Assembly (NCBI GenBank): GCA_051294375.1
Contig: CM119263.1
Span: forward strand, 13,085,923 to 13,149,922
From: Paraspadella gotoi
Taxonomy: Eukaryota > Animalia > Chaetognatha
Direction of reading: 5' to 3'
Length of the DNA: 64,000 bases
Numbering within the stretch: position 1 is the first letter of the stretch; each line of letters starts with the position of its first letter. Under the pieces are notes generated by a model. The model was not told where the DNA came from and ran no database searches. It worked only from the letters and a program-made list of their open reading frames with translations. Below, one piece after another: positions 33,251 through 47,200 of this stretch. A program made the position numbers and the translations under genes.

Positions 33251-34789
33251 ATGGAAGTTTTCAATCAGGACGGCGTCCTTTCGCGCAAGGGCGCTTCTGG
33301 CAAGTTCTACTGTGGCCGACGCCTTCTCCGCTGCTCCTGTTGCGACGGCGTTTGCGGACCCAACAGCGGCTGCAACTGTTACGCCTGCGCCCTGTTACCC
33401 GAGAGACCTGTCACGTGTTCGCGTAAGCACGAGCTTGTTTTGGTTCAACGCGACAATGGGTGGATGTGCGATGGAGAGCAAGGGCCGGGAGGATGTCGCC
33501 GCGGTATAACGAGCTTCGGACAAACGAGAGGCCTAAAGCGGTTTCGTTGCGCAAAATGCGATTACGACCTTTGCGATCTCTGTTTTAGCCACCGCGGTGG
33601 CATCCTCCGCGTTGAGACCAAGTGCCCATCTGGCCACCTGCTTCGCCTCGCAACGCAGTTCGACGGCTGGAGCTGCGATGGCGGCCTCGTTTTCTGCTGG
33701 GGAACCCTCACTCCTGCGAGATCAAGTGACTCAGTAAAAGAGCGCCACCGCTGCGAACTTTGCGACTTTGATCTCTGCGGTTTTTGTTTCCTCAATCGAT
33801 CGGGACCACCCCGAAGTCTCATCAACTTTGAAGGCAGGGTCGCCACCCTGGGTAAAACTGGCTGCTACTATTGCACCAGTACAACTCTCTCCTGTGATTG
33901 CTGCGACGGCCGCTGCGGTCCCAACAACGGCTGTAACTGCGTCGGATGCCGGGCGCTGGATGCGAGGGCGCCGAAAAAAAATCGAGAGGGCGTCTTTGCC
34001 GTTAAGGGCTCCTCGGGAAAGTTTTATTGTCGGCGCCGCATACTCAACTGCTCCTGCTGCGATGGTTATTGCGGACCCAATAACGGATGCAATTGCGACG
34101 CCTGCCAGATCCTCGACCTGCAGGACCCACAGATTAACAGAGTAGGAAGGTTAGCGACGCGCGACTTGGAAGGGATCTATTTTTGTGGCTTCAGCTGCAG
34201 CCCCGCAAACGCCTGCTTCGACTGCCGACGTCTGAGGAACGTCGTCGAAGCGTCAAGAGACTGCGAGCCTTTTCAAGCGAGACTGCCGTCGCCCTTCAAC
34301 GTAGAAGATGGCATCGACGTAGTAGCTTCTGACGGGTCGCTGCGGCTCTGCGTTCTCTGCGAAGACTTCGTCGCCGACGTTCGCTTTCATCCATGCGGTC
34401 ACGATGCCGTCTGCTTTGCCTGTAGCTTTAGATGGAAAAAATGCGCCGCGACCGACTGTGGTCAAACTATCGTCGACCGGAAGCGTTTGACTTTGGTGAT
34501 GGGAAATGACGTGGAAATCGGCGCCGAGGGTCACGGCGCTTCGGGGCCGAGAAGCGAGGGCGACAGTCTTGAGGACGAAATGAAGGTCGTTTTGACGACC
34601 GAGTTGAAGAGACTGAAGCAAAAACAGAAAGAGTTGGAGGAGGAGAAATTCTGTTCCATCTGCATTCGGGACGCCAAGAACACTATTTTCGACTGCGGCC
34701 ACGTTGCCTGTCGGAACTGCGCAGAGAAATTGCGCGAGTGCCATATTTGTCGAGAGAGAATTCGGACGAGGAAGAGGGTTTTCTTTTAG
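33251..34789 (+). CDS. Intronless multi-zinc-finger, double-RING putative E3 ubiquitin ligase (512 aa) with a Mind bomb/IAP-type C-terminus
   Basis: ATG at 33251 after an acceptor at 33223. Three full and one partial NxxG...G(K/C)(F/Y)YC...CxCCDGxCGPxxGCNCxxC repeats; two CxxxHxL..GWxCDG...RCxxCD(Y/F)DLCxxC (ZZ/C1-like) modules; RING CVLC...PCGHDAVCFAC...C; coiled coil; terminal RING CSIC...CGHVACRNCAEKLRECHICR. Confidence 0.88.
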   Translation: MEVFNQDGVLSRKGASGKFYCGRRLLRCSCCDGVCGPNSGCNCYACALLPERPVTCSRKHELVLVQRDNGWMCDGEQGPGGCRRGITSFGQTRGLKRFRCAKCDYDLCDLCFSHRGGILRVETKCPSGHLLRLATQFDGWSCDGGLVFCWGTLTPARSSDSVKERHRCELCDFDLCGFCFLNRSGPPRSLINFEGRVATLGKTGCYYCTSTTLSCDCCDGRCGPNNGCNCVGCRALDARAPKKNREGVFAVKGSSGKFYCRRRILNCSCCDGYCGPNNGCNCDACQILDLQDPQINRVGRLATRDLEGIYFCGFSCSPANACFDCRRLRNVVEASRDCEPFQARLPSPFNVEDGIDVVASDGSLRLCVLCEDFVADVRFHPCGHDAVCFACSFRWKKCAATDCGQTIVDRKRLTLVMGNDVEIGAEGHGASGPRSEGDSLEDEMKVVLTTELKRLKQKQKELEEEKFCSICIRDAKNTIFDCGHVACRNCAEKLRECHICRERIRTRKRVFF

Positions 34790-35033
34790 GGAATAATGTC
34801 AATTCTCCTGAATTATAAGAAAACAACAACAACCAACAATGAGTGAAGGTTGCGTGTGGTTACTGCCACAATTGGTTCTTTTTCTTTTCCTTTCTTTTAT
34901 ATTTGGAACATCGGTGAACGCAAGGATTCTGCAAATAATAAATCTTTCATTATTGCGATGTCAATGGCGATGAAGCATTGCATTTGTGTCTTTTTTTATT
35001 TATAGCGTTGAGAATAGATAGGATAATATAAAA

Positions 35034-35580
35034 AACAAGTTTGAGCAAACAATTTCCGATCTGCCTACGATAATTAAGCGGTAATCAGCTAATCAGATGA
35101 TAAATCACAATATTTTAAAAAAATTTTTTTAAACTTGCATCATTTTTTTAATTTGCATAATTTTTTCAACTTGCATAATTTTTTAAATTGCAACATTTTT
35201 TCACATTAATTAATTAATTAAAACATTTATTAGTAATCATAAATAATAAAGATTCAAGTAAATGTTACTCATGTTTCCGTCAAAACTTTATATCTTGCTT
35301 CACACGAAATTTCATCTCAATCGATGAATTCAATTATGATTAATTCTAGTAATAATGAGTTAAAATAAGTAAAAAGATTCAAGTAAATATGACTCACATT
35401 TTTTTCATTTAAACTCATTTCCACTCGCACGTTTCCACCGAAACTTTATATCAAGCTTCGTCACACACTTTCCTACCCACACACAAAATTTAAACTCAGA
35501 GTAATTATTGGTTAAAATAAGTAAAAAGATTTTAGTAAATTTGACTTATGTTTTTTCCATTGAAACTCATTTCCATTTCG
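35034..35580 (-). mobile_element. Degenerate DINE-1/HINE-like copy
   Basis: aacaagtttgagcaaacaatttccgatctgcctacga start; aaactcatttccactcg core. Confidence 0.55.
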
Positions 35581-35725
35581 AAAAATTGGCAACGTCTCAA
35601 TTCTACAACATAGTTACAATCTTAATTCTCAGAATTTAATTGAAAATTCATTTTATTTTCAAGCTTTAGTTTACAAACCTACGGCGAAATAATCATTTAG
35701 ACCTTTTTTTCTCATATCGACAAAA

Positions 35726-36221
35726 ATGGAAACAGCAGAGTCGCCCGGAGCGTCTCAAGGTTCCGCCGACGATAAAGGCCTCCTGCCTGCGAAGGAGGGG
35801 ACAAAACCGCAGCGTCGCCTTCCTTCGAGAGAGAATCCTACCCAGTAAGATTTTTAGCCGGCTCTATAATTCACTTTGTCGGTCCGTCGGTCCGCCCCCC
35901 AATCTTGTCGGTAAGTCACTTAAATCATTTCAGAACATCGAATTATGATAAATTATGTAAACATTTCAATTTTCGTTACCACTTACTAACTTATTTAACT
36001 TAGAAATAAGCTGAGATTTTGAATTATTAACAAATTATTGTCCAAATTTTTTTCTTTGTTGTACATTGTCAAATGTAATTATTTTTTTCTCTCTCTCTCT
36101 CTTTCTTTCTTTCACTTTTCACTATTTCAAAAATTTTCTTCTTCTTCTCTGTCCTTACCCTCACCTGTCCTCTCATCTGGCCACTGTCCTTTACTCAGCC
36201 CTTTGTTGGAAACTCTACCTG

Positions 36222-36271
<50 letters not shown>

Positions 36272-39200
36272 ACTTAATGTGTTGAGCATTTTTGTTAATA
36301 TTTTTCAAAGCTGATGAAGACTCGAACCAATAGAGTCGAAACATGTTCTAATAATAATAAAATCGTTGTATTGGCAAAATTAATAAACCTTTCTCGATAA
36401 ATTATGCAAAAAAATATATTTCACTATTTTATTATGCTTTTTTCTCTTTATATTAAATGTAAATTCAAACTGCATTAATTAATTTTTGATAAATTAGTTA
36501 TTAATTAATTATTAATTATTTTGTAATTAATTAATTTATTCATTAATGTGATCGAGATTTTTATTTGTGATGGACAAAAATGATTCTGACGCGAATAAAA
36601 AAAATAATATTAATTAATTACCGCTAATGATCGTGGGCAGCTCCGGCATTGTTTGCCCAAACTTGTTTTTTTATTCACTTTAAGGAGAGAAAAGGAAAGT
36701 CCAAAAGAAAAAAATAGCTATCTTAACTAATTCACCAATGTCTTGATATGTTTAAAGTTGTAGTTAGTCTAAATCCTGAACAACAATTTTTATACTATTT
36801 TTATCATATTTTCGTCATCATTTTGACATTTTTCAACAGCAAAAAGCGCAGACGTAGTTGTCACGTGTTTTGGCTTCTCTACTTAAAAAACATGAAGGTC
36901 ACTGTACGAAGAAAAGCAAGTCTCACGTTATCTCTTTTGATGCCAATATTACTTTGGTAAATGAATTTTAATGCATTATATATTAGCGTTATAAATTTTA
37001 AAAAACAATTAATTAGAGATTGTTTTTCTCTCGGCCGCGAGTAGTCATGGGGTAACTCTGATAACTTTGGTCCAATCGTCTGCCCCGTGCCCCGTTTTAC
37101 GGACTCAATCTCTCACAAACTTTTAACCATGGAACGTATCTTTTGCATCTGGTCATATTTCTTGCCATTTGTGACAATGGGGAGACATGTTTGATGCCTG
37201 CAGTATTAAGGATTTTACGACTGCTGGCTCACAGGGCTTGGAACCTGCAGTGACCACCCCATGTTGCTGGTGTGTTTATGTTAACACCATCACACTTAAC
37301 CAGCGTGGCCATGAGGGTATTGAATTGGGGAACAAGTACTTAGATGTCCTAGCTGTAGTCGGGCATTGCCTCGGTTCACCCCGCCTAGAATCATGACACT
37401 TTTAGTTGTGACCCGGTGGCTCATTGAGTAAAGCCATCAGCTCATTACTACTAGGTACCGGGTTCAATCCCAACCCTGTTCCTACCCTGCGGGAAGCGGG
37501 AGGACGCCCGTAAGCGGCCTTGGGGGCATGGCAAACCCTCAAGCCTGGTTCCAAGCCCAGGGACCCGTTCCATGGCTGCTAGAGCGGGTTATAGAAGTTA
37601 CGGACAGTCATCTTCAGCCCACGTAGCGCCTTATCCACATAACCAATGGGACGAACTAAGTTTCCCCAAGCTATACGGGAGTCGCATTTAGGAATTCATA
37701 GGAATTATCTTTTGTTTGGATAAAAGTAGTGGTTTTGAGAAGGCGTTTGATTACTGTGGAAATAAGATCAGACATGGAACAAGATTTCTTTTTGTCTGGA
37801 AACAAATTTTTGGAAACGTGCTTTTTTGCATAATTTTAATTATCGGTTAAATTAGTAAAATGAAAAAAAAATATAAGTTATTTGTATACAAAGATTTTGC
37901 TTGAAATTTTTTTTTCATTTCTCTATTATTAAATTATAAGTTTAAAGAAAGTGCAAATATAGAATATCTAAAATATCGCGCTGTTGGCTTTGGGGGCTTC
38001 CGACCCACAGTGACACATCCAGTCACTGGCGCGGTTACCTTAGGACGGTCTCGCTTTGCCAACGCAGAGGGAAGTCGTTCGGACTGTGGATGGATCACAA
38101 CGCCTCGGATGGTGTGTTCCTCTTCTGAGCCAATGGATTTGGCTGAACGATGGTGGACGTGAGGCGGTGTGAATATACCGCCACAAAGGATTGCACTCGA
38201 AATCGGCAGCGAAAGAGGTCTAAGGAACTAGGAAGCGAGGAAAAATCGACCGCTTCTTCATCTCTGATATGTGTAGTTATTAACATAGAATCATTTAAAC
38301 TATAAATCATAACAAAATTTTTTGCCAATTCAGAATTTAAAAAACGGTTTCTGGTAGAACTTGAAAAGTAAATAAAAAGTATTATTACTAAATTTCCAAT
38401 TTTTTATATTTTATCGGTTAAAATTAGCAAAAACTTTGGTATAAAGATTATGATGATGATGATGATAATGATGATTTTAAGGGTTTTTCCCCTATATGAC
38501 CCACTTATTATTGAAATATTGAAAAACGAAGACAACTTTTTGTAGGCTATCTGAATACGTTCTTAATTTTTTTTTTCAAAAAAAAGTTTTTTTTCATTGC
38601 CAATACATTTATAAATATTTAAATGATTCAACGTTATACTATATTTCATTAGTTAAAAAAGTGATAATAAATATTGATATAAACTATATGATAAAAAGTG
38701 ATAAATTTTGGTCCGCCTTACTGGTCACCCTAAAATGCGGTCACGAGGTCAGAAAGTAAATACGGTTTATTTCGCATTACCCTTTCTTATTTTAGTTTAT
38801 ACGTTACAGAAAGGTTATAAATTATAATATACTTGTTATATAAAAATTTTGTAGTAAAGTAGTCCCGTTGTTCATTTGGAAATACGTACACAGATGAAAG
38901 TTACTGTGGCACAACACTTTAAACTTGCCGGTTTACCTTTCAAAAATAATTTTCTTTTATTATGATCATCATCTAAATCAGCATTACTCTGATAATACTA
39001 ATCGAGGGAGTTTACAAGACAAAAACCCAAGCGCCGAGAAGATATTTTCCTCTTCAAACGGATAGCCTCTTGCCTTTTGATCTTTCTTCCTTATGTAAGG
39101 TTTTTCTGTCAACAATAACCTAAAAAAGTAAGACCTCAAAACGGGATTTTATTACTTTTAGTTGGAGCGCAGCTTTATGGGCCAGGAAAGTAAGTGAATG

Positions 39201-42200
39201 TTCTATTCCCCTCAAATCTATATACATATCGTAGATAACTTATAATTCAACCCCTAACAGCGAAAAAATTGATGTTATAAAGCTTATGCAAAACGACCCT
39301 CTAATTCGAAAAGCTATTGCTGATGGATGCTTTCTCCCACTTGGAGTAAGTCGGTTGTCGACTTAATTATTTTCGATAATTTGTGTCATTAAATCCCTTT
39401 TTAAAAATCTATCATCTATATACTTTTAAATTTTATTAATTTAGTATTACGTAATTTTCTTGATTTCGTTACGTATTGTTATTTTCAAAAAAATATATGG
39501 TTAATGCTTACTTACATTGCCAAATTTATTTTACTGTACCTCTATTATCTGACTCTAGATTCCTCCATAAATTTTTAAATTTGTCAGAACGTTTTTCTCT
39601 TTTTTTTAAATATTTTTTGACACGCTAAACGTTTCTCTGATTACGCAAAATTTCATGAAAAAATAAAAAAAATAATAGTACCAATAGTTAGTGTTATATC
39701 TCGAATAGATGGAAAAAAACCTCGTTTAAAAATTCCATCGGGAAGTGGGGTAATTAAGGCTTACCAATAGCATCCTCCACACTGATCGTTCTCTAAATAA
39801 TTTTTTTATTTAATACATTTGAAAGGGAAAAAAAGAAAATTCAGAATGCAGGTTGCAGAAAGGGTACAGATAATCTGGACATACTGACACGATAATCATG
39901 ACCTTTTATGTCTTGTGAAATGGGGGCAGTAAAGAAACCTAAAAAAATTGATCATTAAGTCAGTCAATGAACCCTTTCCAATGGGCTATTCCGCGAATTT
40001 TTTTTTTTTTTAATTAAAACGGATGCTAAGTAATAGAATTAAATTCCTTGTATAAAGGTTGTTATATTTAAAAGAAAATTATCATTACAAATAAACACAA
40101 TGATAGCTTGCTTTGTCAAATATGTCGCCAGCAATGTCATTTTTTAAAATTTTATTATGATAAACAAGCAGCGTGTCAAGCTTTTTGTTTGCAGTTGAAG
40201 ATAATGAAAAATGACAATTTTTTTTTTCACAGACAAGAAGGTAGACGTTCAGACTGTTTATATCAATCTGAAAATAGTTTTGTATTTATCATTTTTCATA
40301 TTTAAAAAAACATTTTATCCAGCTACTTCATAAATTTTTGCTTGTTTTTTACTTTAACTAAAAAATACAAGCGAATTTAAAGAGTAGAGAAAATTTAATG
40401 GTAATCAAAATGTAATTTAGTCTTTTCTTTTTCAAATTACGAAAGAAGAAAAAAAATTTCACATGCCTTCATTGAAATTTTTAATGCAAAAAACTGTTAT
40501 ACTTTTAACTCCGATTTAAATAAAAGCTGTGTAAAGAATTATGGATAAAATTTAATAAAACTATTTTAGAAAGGTGTCCCATGATTAGGGCTTTAATTTA
40601 ATACCTCACCCACATTCCTACCTCTTTTCTTTCCAAAGTTATTCAAGAAAATAACTTTTTTTACAGTTAGAGAACTAAGGATTTGAACTACGCAGTACAA
40701 ATCTTTGTTAAATAAAAATTTCGGCAAAGCGGGAGTATCTCAATTTATCCTATTGGTACAATACCTAAATTTTAAAATAAAACCTAAAGAAAAATTTTCC
40801 GTCCTCTAGAGACATATCACTTTCAGTTGTACCCATCGTCTTACACATTTATGGATTATGCTGGAAGAAATCAGCAAAACGTTTTCTCTTTTTTTTAAAT
40901 AGTTTGTACTAGCGCGTCAGAAATCTAAGAAGAAACTCGAAAATTTTATTCTGACAAATTTTGCCTTTCAAGGCTAACGTTTATGACTATATCTCGGAAA
41001 CCATTGTAGGAATTTAAAAACGGTTTTTTGCAAGTGAATATTGATATCATCCTCCAGGGACCACGATAAAAATATATAAAAAAATAAACTAATATTGGCT
41101 CTCGAGTGAGGTATCTACTGACTCTGATTTAATTTCTCTTTCACTCTCCTTCATTTTTACCTCTCCTCACTCTTCATCTGTCCTCAGTCCTCAGTCTACC
41201 ACTGTCCTTTTCTCAATTCTTTGTTGGAATCCTTTCTCTCACTCTCTCTCTCTCTCTCTCTCAACTTCTAACTCTGTGAAAACAAGTGTGAGCAAACAAT
41301 GCCGGATCTGCCCACGATCATTCGCGGTAAAAAATTGATTAATTAGTTAAAACATTAATTAATTAATTTCTTACACGTTAAGTAATAAATAAATTAATTG
41401 TTTGTGCAAACCTTTTTGTTTTGAGGTCTTTTCGTTAGGTGACTAACCACAATAAAAACGACGACGTTGATGGCAACGACAACGAGGATAACACCTACCT
41501 TGATTAATTGATTGATTGCTTAATTGATTAAATAATTATCTGATCGGATCCGACATTTTTTGCTTAAACTTATTTGTTTTTATATCTTTTTGTCCGGTCA
41601 CTGACCACGACAAAAGCAACGACGACGGCAATTGCAACGATTAATTAACTCTTTTATTGATTGATTGATTAATTGAATAATCAATTAATTGATTGATAAA
41701 ATAATCTATTGATTATTTGATTTGATAAATTACTTGATTGTTTAATTGATTGATTATTTGATTGGTTAATTAATTGATTAATTTATGCAGCTTGCATTTA
41801 TAATTAATATTAAAAAGAAAAAAAGCATAAACAGTGAATCAATTAATTAATTATTTGATCAGATCTGGCATGTTTGCTCAAACAGTCTTTTCAGTCTTTT
41901 TGGTCTTTTCAGTCTTTTCATCGGGTCACCGACCAAGACAAAAGCAACGACGACGATTATGGCGCGGACGAAAATTATAACAACGATGCTGATTGGTAGA
42001 TTGATTGAATTATTGGTTAATTAGTTGATTGATTTGATTGAATTAATTAATTAATTAGTTAACTGATCAAATCCGGCATTGTTTGCTCAAAGCTGTTTGT
42101 TTTTAGATCTTTTCATCTTTTCGTCTTGACAACAGCAACGACGACCATGATGACGATGAATGATTGATAGATTATTTAATTAAGTATTTAATTTAATTAT

Positions 42201-44185
42201 TAATTAATTAAATAATTCCTTTGTTGATTGAAAAAACAATTGATTGATTAATTGATTTATAAATTAATGATAGATTAATTAATTATTAATTGAATAATTA
42301 TTGCTGCTTGAATTTAAATTTAAAATAAAAAAAGGCATAATCATTAAATCAAATAGTGAAACCGGTTTTGAGTTTTTTCCACTTAGACATATTTCCACTC
42401 TATGGAGGACGCTTTAGGTCACGTGGGTCATGTCTCTGGCCACCGTGGTAGCCGGTGGTTGTTTAGCCACTGACCTTGCGCTGAGGACACTTGGGCCGAC
42501 ATTTGGCTTTAAATGCGGACAAGCTCACGATGGTAGACACAACTCGAAATCTCTGTAATACTTTCTCGTTCACCATTTATTACTGTTAATATTTAACTCC
42601 TTGTACATTGTATTAAATGTATCCTGTTTAAACCTGTCTCCTTATCTTAATTATTCACGTCGCCATATTGGTGATTGCCCGACGATACGAATAAATCACG
42701 CAACCTTCCCGAAATCAACCTTTTTAAATTCCAACCAATAAACTCTCACCCAAAAACCAACTTCTCTCCTCACAATTTTCGCTCCTAACGTTTTGTCCTA
42801 AATGTCTTAAATGTCCCAAAATAAACTTTTTCTCCCGTTCACAGCCCCTTCAATTGAAACGTGAAATTGTTGAACTACAAACCCAAACCTCCCGCTCCGA
42901 TAAAGAAAATAAAAAAACAATCCTGTGGTCTATCGAATCTTGTTTTTCCTTCTACCAAACTTTTCCCCTTGTTATTTCCAAAACTTATGTATTCCAAAAT
43001 CTAAAAATACGTCTACATCGATCCCTTATTTTCCTTTAAACTTTCCCTTACCCCACTTGTTCTGGTTTTTTCTATTAAAAAAAAAATGGCGACAGTAAAC
43101 TTTACGCAAAAAAATTTTCAGAATCGATTCGAATCTTCAGTCGCAGATCTTGTATCTCAACCGCCGCCCTATGAGGTTCCCGCCCCAACAACGACGAGTA
43201 TGAATTCTTTGCAAGACCGCCCCTCTTCGCTACCCGACACCCTTCTAAAGAAGTTCCTCCTCAACGAGGAATCCTGAAGCTGTTCGTCAACAAATCAACT
43301 GCAAAAGGACGAATGGTTTTCCGATTCCCATCTCTCTTACGACTTTATCATTGGCCCCTCCACTTGTCTTGGCGCCAAACAAACTATAACAATTGCCTCA
43401 GTCGATATGACCGCACTACAGAAACTTACGTTTTTACTTTGAGACAAAGACAATTACTGACTTCTTTGACAACGAATTCGAGCGACTCGTTGAAATTTTA
43501 ATGAACAAATCAACATGTGAAACTACAACGTCGATATTCCGCCTCATCGACGTCCCGGACGCCTATCTTTCCAGCGCCACTTGCCTTTGGGGCGAACCAC
43601 TGCTCCAAGCCGCGTTTCTGCTTCAAACCGCACCATCCCACAGTTGATGAAATTAAGGTTTGAGCCCATACGTGTTCATCAACCAAGAAGCTGGTGGCGA
43701 TCTCGCGGCGCTAACTTCCGCAACGCGATCCGACGTCAACGGGAAATATGGCCGTCCTCCACTCCTTTCTTATCTGCCCAACTGACGTAGGCGTGGCTTG
43801 GGGGGGATGTATGGAGGACGCTTTAGGTCACGTGGGTCATGTCTCTGGCCACCGTGGTAGCCGGTGGTTGTTTAGCCACTGACCTTACGCTGAGGACACT
43901 TGGGCCGACTTTGGCTTTAAAGCGGACAAGCTCACGATGGTAGACAACACTCGAAATCTCTGTAATACTTTCTCGTTCACCATTTATTACTGTTAATTTA
44001 ACTCCTTGTACATTGTATTAAATGTATCGAGGCAACGATCGAGACGAAGTTCAGAGCAAGAGTGAATTTTATTCGAGTGTCAGAGTTAAAAACAGAAGAA
44101 AACGGGAACAAAAGAAGCTAAGTCTACAGTCATTAACAAAATAAGAATTGACCACTTGGCCGTACGAATAAATATAAAAACGTTA

Positions 44186-44216
<31 letters not shown>

Positions 44217-47200
44217 GCGTGTTCGTTTCGTCGGTGATTTGATCAGTTGCCACAGTATCCCATTTAAACCTGTCTCCTTATCTTAATTATTCACGTTGCC
44301 ATAACTCGGACGATTCCATCGAAACTCAAACTGAAATTAATCGGCCCGTACAATCATGAGCAATTGGCGTTCAAAGCTAAGGGGTGACGGACGGACGGAT
44401 ATAATTTTTTGAAAATCATTTTCTATAATTCGATGTTCTGAGATGATATAAGTGACTTAACGACAAGAAAATGGGTGGCGACCGACAGACCGTCAAAGTG
44501 AATTACTGATCCGGATAAAAATTATTTCACAAATCATTTTTCAGTGCTGATGGATTACGTCAAAGCCGTCGCAATCGCTTAACGTTTGCGACGATATTGT
44601 AACGCTTTTGCGCATAAGTGGCGTTGTCGTCGTTGTTGTCAGCATTGTCGTCGGCGTTCCAAATTATAGATCGCATTTTTATGATTAAATTTGGGTGTAT
44701 GAAGCTTAAAATTTGGTCAGGACAGTTATTAAATATGTTTTGTTTATGTTTTATCAAAACAAACAAATTTCCTCTCTTTTATTTTTATGTTTCCTTCTCT
44801 CTCTCTTTTCTCTTTAAATTATATGTAGCTCTCTCTTTCTTTTTCCCAGTGCTTATTCATCGGAAAAAAACGAGTCTGCAGCTGGCTCTGCAAGGGCTCT
44901 TTCTTTTTCTCTCTTTTTTCCTGCTGCTTCTGCTGCTGCCTTCTGACTCTGCTGCTGGCTCTGCAGGGGCTCTCTCTTTTTCTCTCTTTTCTCCTGCTGC
45001 TTCTGCTGCTGCTTTTTAATTTCTTTTTTTTTCTCTCTCTCTCTCTCTCTGCGTTTTTATTTAAAAAAAAAATTAAGCATCGCATTCATGCATGTTATCA
45101 TTTTGCTATCGTTTTTTTTTCTCAGGGACTGCGTCTGCTGATCAGTTTATTTTTTGACAATGAAAAAGTTTTTTATTTTTTTATTCAGAAACTGTAATTT
45201 TAATTTTCTTTGGTACTTTTTTTTTTAATTAACAATCGCAAAATAGATTTTTTCTTTCTGTTTATAATTTTTTATTTTCTCAAATTTTTTTTTCAAGGGC
45301 TGCGCCTGCTGATCAGTTTATTTGACAATGACAATTGATAATGACAAAAAAAATACTTTTTTTTATAATTGACAATCGCAAAATATAATTTTTCTTTATT
45401 TATAAATTAATTTTCTTTTCTCAAATTTTATTTTTTTTAGTATCAAAATTTGTCATCAATCCAGATTTTTCTTAAGCGATTGCGACGATCCTTATGCTTT
45501 TAAGATTTTTTTGTTTCGAAAAATTCGTTGTAAAAACAAATAAATTTGTTTGAGTCAAAGAATTAATTTACTAATGACAGAGTAATTGCTTACTGCTTAA
45601 TGGTTATCCTGATTTCGAATAAAATATTTTGACAGGATATATTCCCTTCATATATGCCCGAATTGTTTAAAAACTTTGTTATGTATTCTGTGGCATTTGC
45701 GCCAAGATCATCCCTGACTCTTAGAATAATGAAACGAGTACAACAAACATTGCAAGTTTATCGAGTTGTGGATTTTCCAACGGAAACCTCAATGGTTAAT
45801 GCCCTGAGAGATGGTGAGAAAATTAAAGTATGTTTATTACAGGATCAATAGAACCAATAAAAACTTTATTTTGTTTTCTCTTTTAATTTAATACTAAACT
45901 AACCTAAAATCAATTATTTTCTGATTTCACAGATCATCAGTTAGATCTAAGCCAAGGTGTTGGGACATTGATTGCCTCAAAAGAAGAAAAATATTTATGT
46001 GGCATCGTTTTCGAAGATTTGGATAAGATGTCACAAAAGATTCGAGTGAAAATTCGATTTCCATTCGATTCCTTCAGTTTAACTAATGTATATGATTGGT
46101 AAGATCAGAATAATTGGAATGTTTCTCCATATAATCCTATTCTCAAGAAAATTTACACTTTAAACTTTACTAGGATATCGCCTGATATTGATTTATGGAT
46201 AACAAAAACATTTTTCAAATTAGACGACTTTTTAAATCGGGTAGGGATCTAATTTTTGTTGTTGATTTCTCTCGGGTATATAATTAAAATTCATCTTCAC
46301 AATTAAACAGGAGTTTACATTTTTAGAAACAGAAAATAAACATGGGGTTCATACACCTCCACAATATTACGATAAAGGTAATCAGAATCGTTTCAAAGAT
46401 TCAAGGATTTTTAGTCGGATCTGCTTATCACCAGATTCCGACTCTATAATTCACTTGGTCGGTCTATCGGTCCCACCCCTAAATCTTTTCGGTAAGTGAT
46501 TTAGATCATGTCAGAATATCGAACTATGATAAATTATGTCCGTCCTTCCGTCCATCTGTCTGTCTCTCTGTCTCTATGTCCGTCCCACCTTAGCATTAAA
46601 CTGTTATTATTTGTGATTGGCTAGACGGATTGAGATGAAATTTTGTGTGGGTAGGAAAGGGTGTGTTTGAGCTGGATATAAATCGATGGATTCGTGCGAG
46701 ACAAAATGAGTTTTAATGAAAAATATTCTTGAATTCTTTTTACTTATAATTTCCTGAAGGCGGCGCTAGCAGTCACTTAGATTGAAGGTTTCTTTATGCA
46801 ACCAACTATACTATACTATAGGTTTTTTTTATCAGGATACTGGGAATATTTTATTCAATTCATTTCATTCAATTCATTTCATTTCATTCAATTCATTTCA
46901 TTCAATTCCTTTAATTCAATTAATTTCATTAATTTCATTCAATTCATTTTATTCACCTTATATCATTCAATTCATTTCATTCAACTCATTTTATTAAATT
47001 CATTTGATTTCGTTTTATTGATTCATCAAATTAATAATTTGATATCATCACATTTGTCATCATCGTATCAATAACATGTCATCATCATATCAATAATTGA
47101 TTTTCATTGCATCAATAATTGGTTATCATAGGATCAATAATTCGTTATCATTGCATCAATATTTCATTATTATTGCATCAATAATCAATTACTATCACAT

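Larger units (their letters stand above)
35851..36667 (+). mobile_element. DINE-1/HINE-like copy hosting a hammerhead pLTR
   Basis: tttttagccggctctataattcactttgtcggtccg ... gtgggcagctccggcattgtttgcccaaacttgtt. Confidence 0.7.
41281..44520 (-). mobile_element. DINE-1/HINE-like copies hosting the 42401 LTR element
   Basis: aacaagtgtgagcaaacaatgccggatctgccc at 41281; HINE core atttccactc|ggacgattcc is split by the LTR element; gacggacggacgg at ~44386. Confidence 0.65.

Noticed and set aside
37405-37475. tRNA gene
   Set aside because: A/B boxes are present but there is no convincing cloverleaf, and it is attached to a repeated SINE body.
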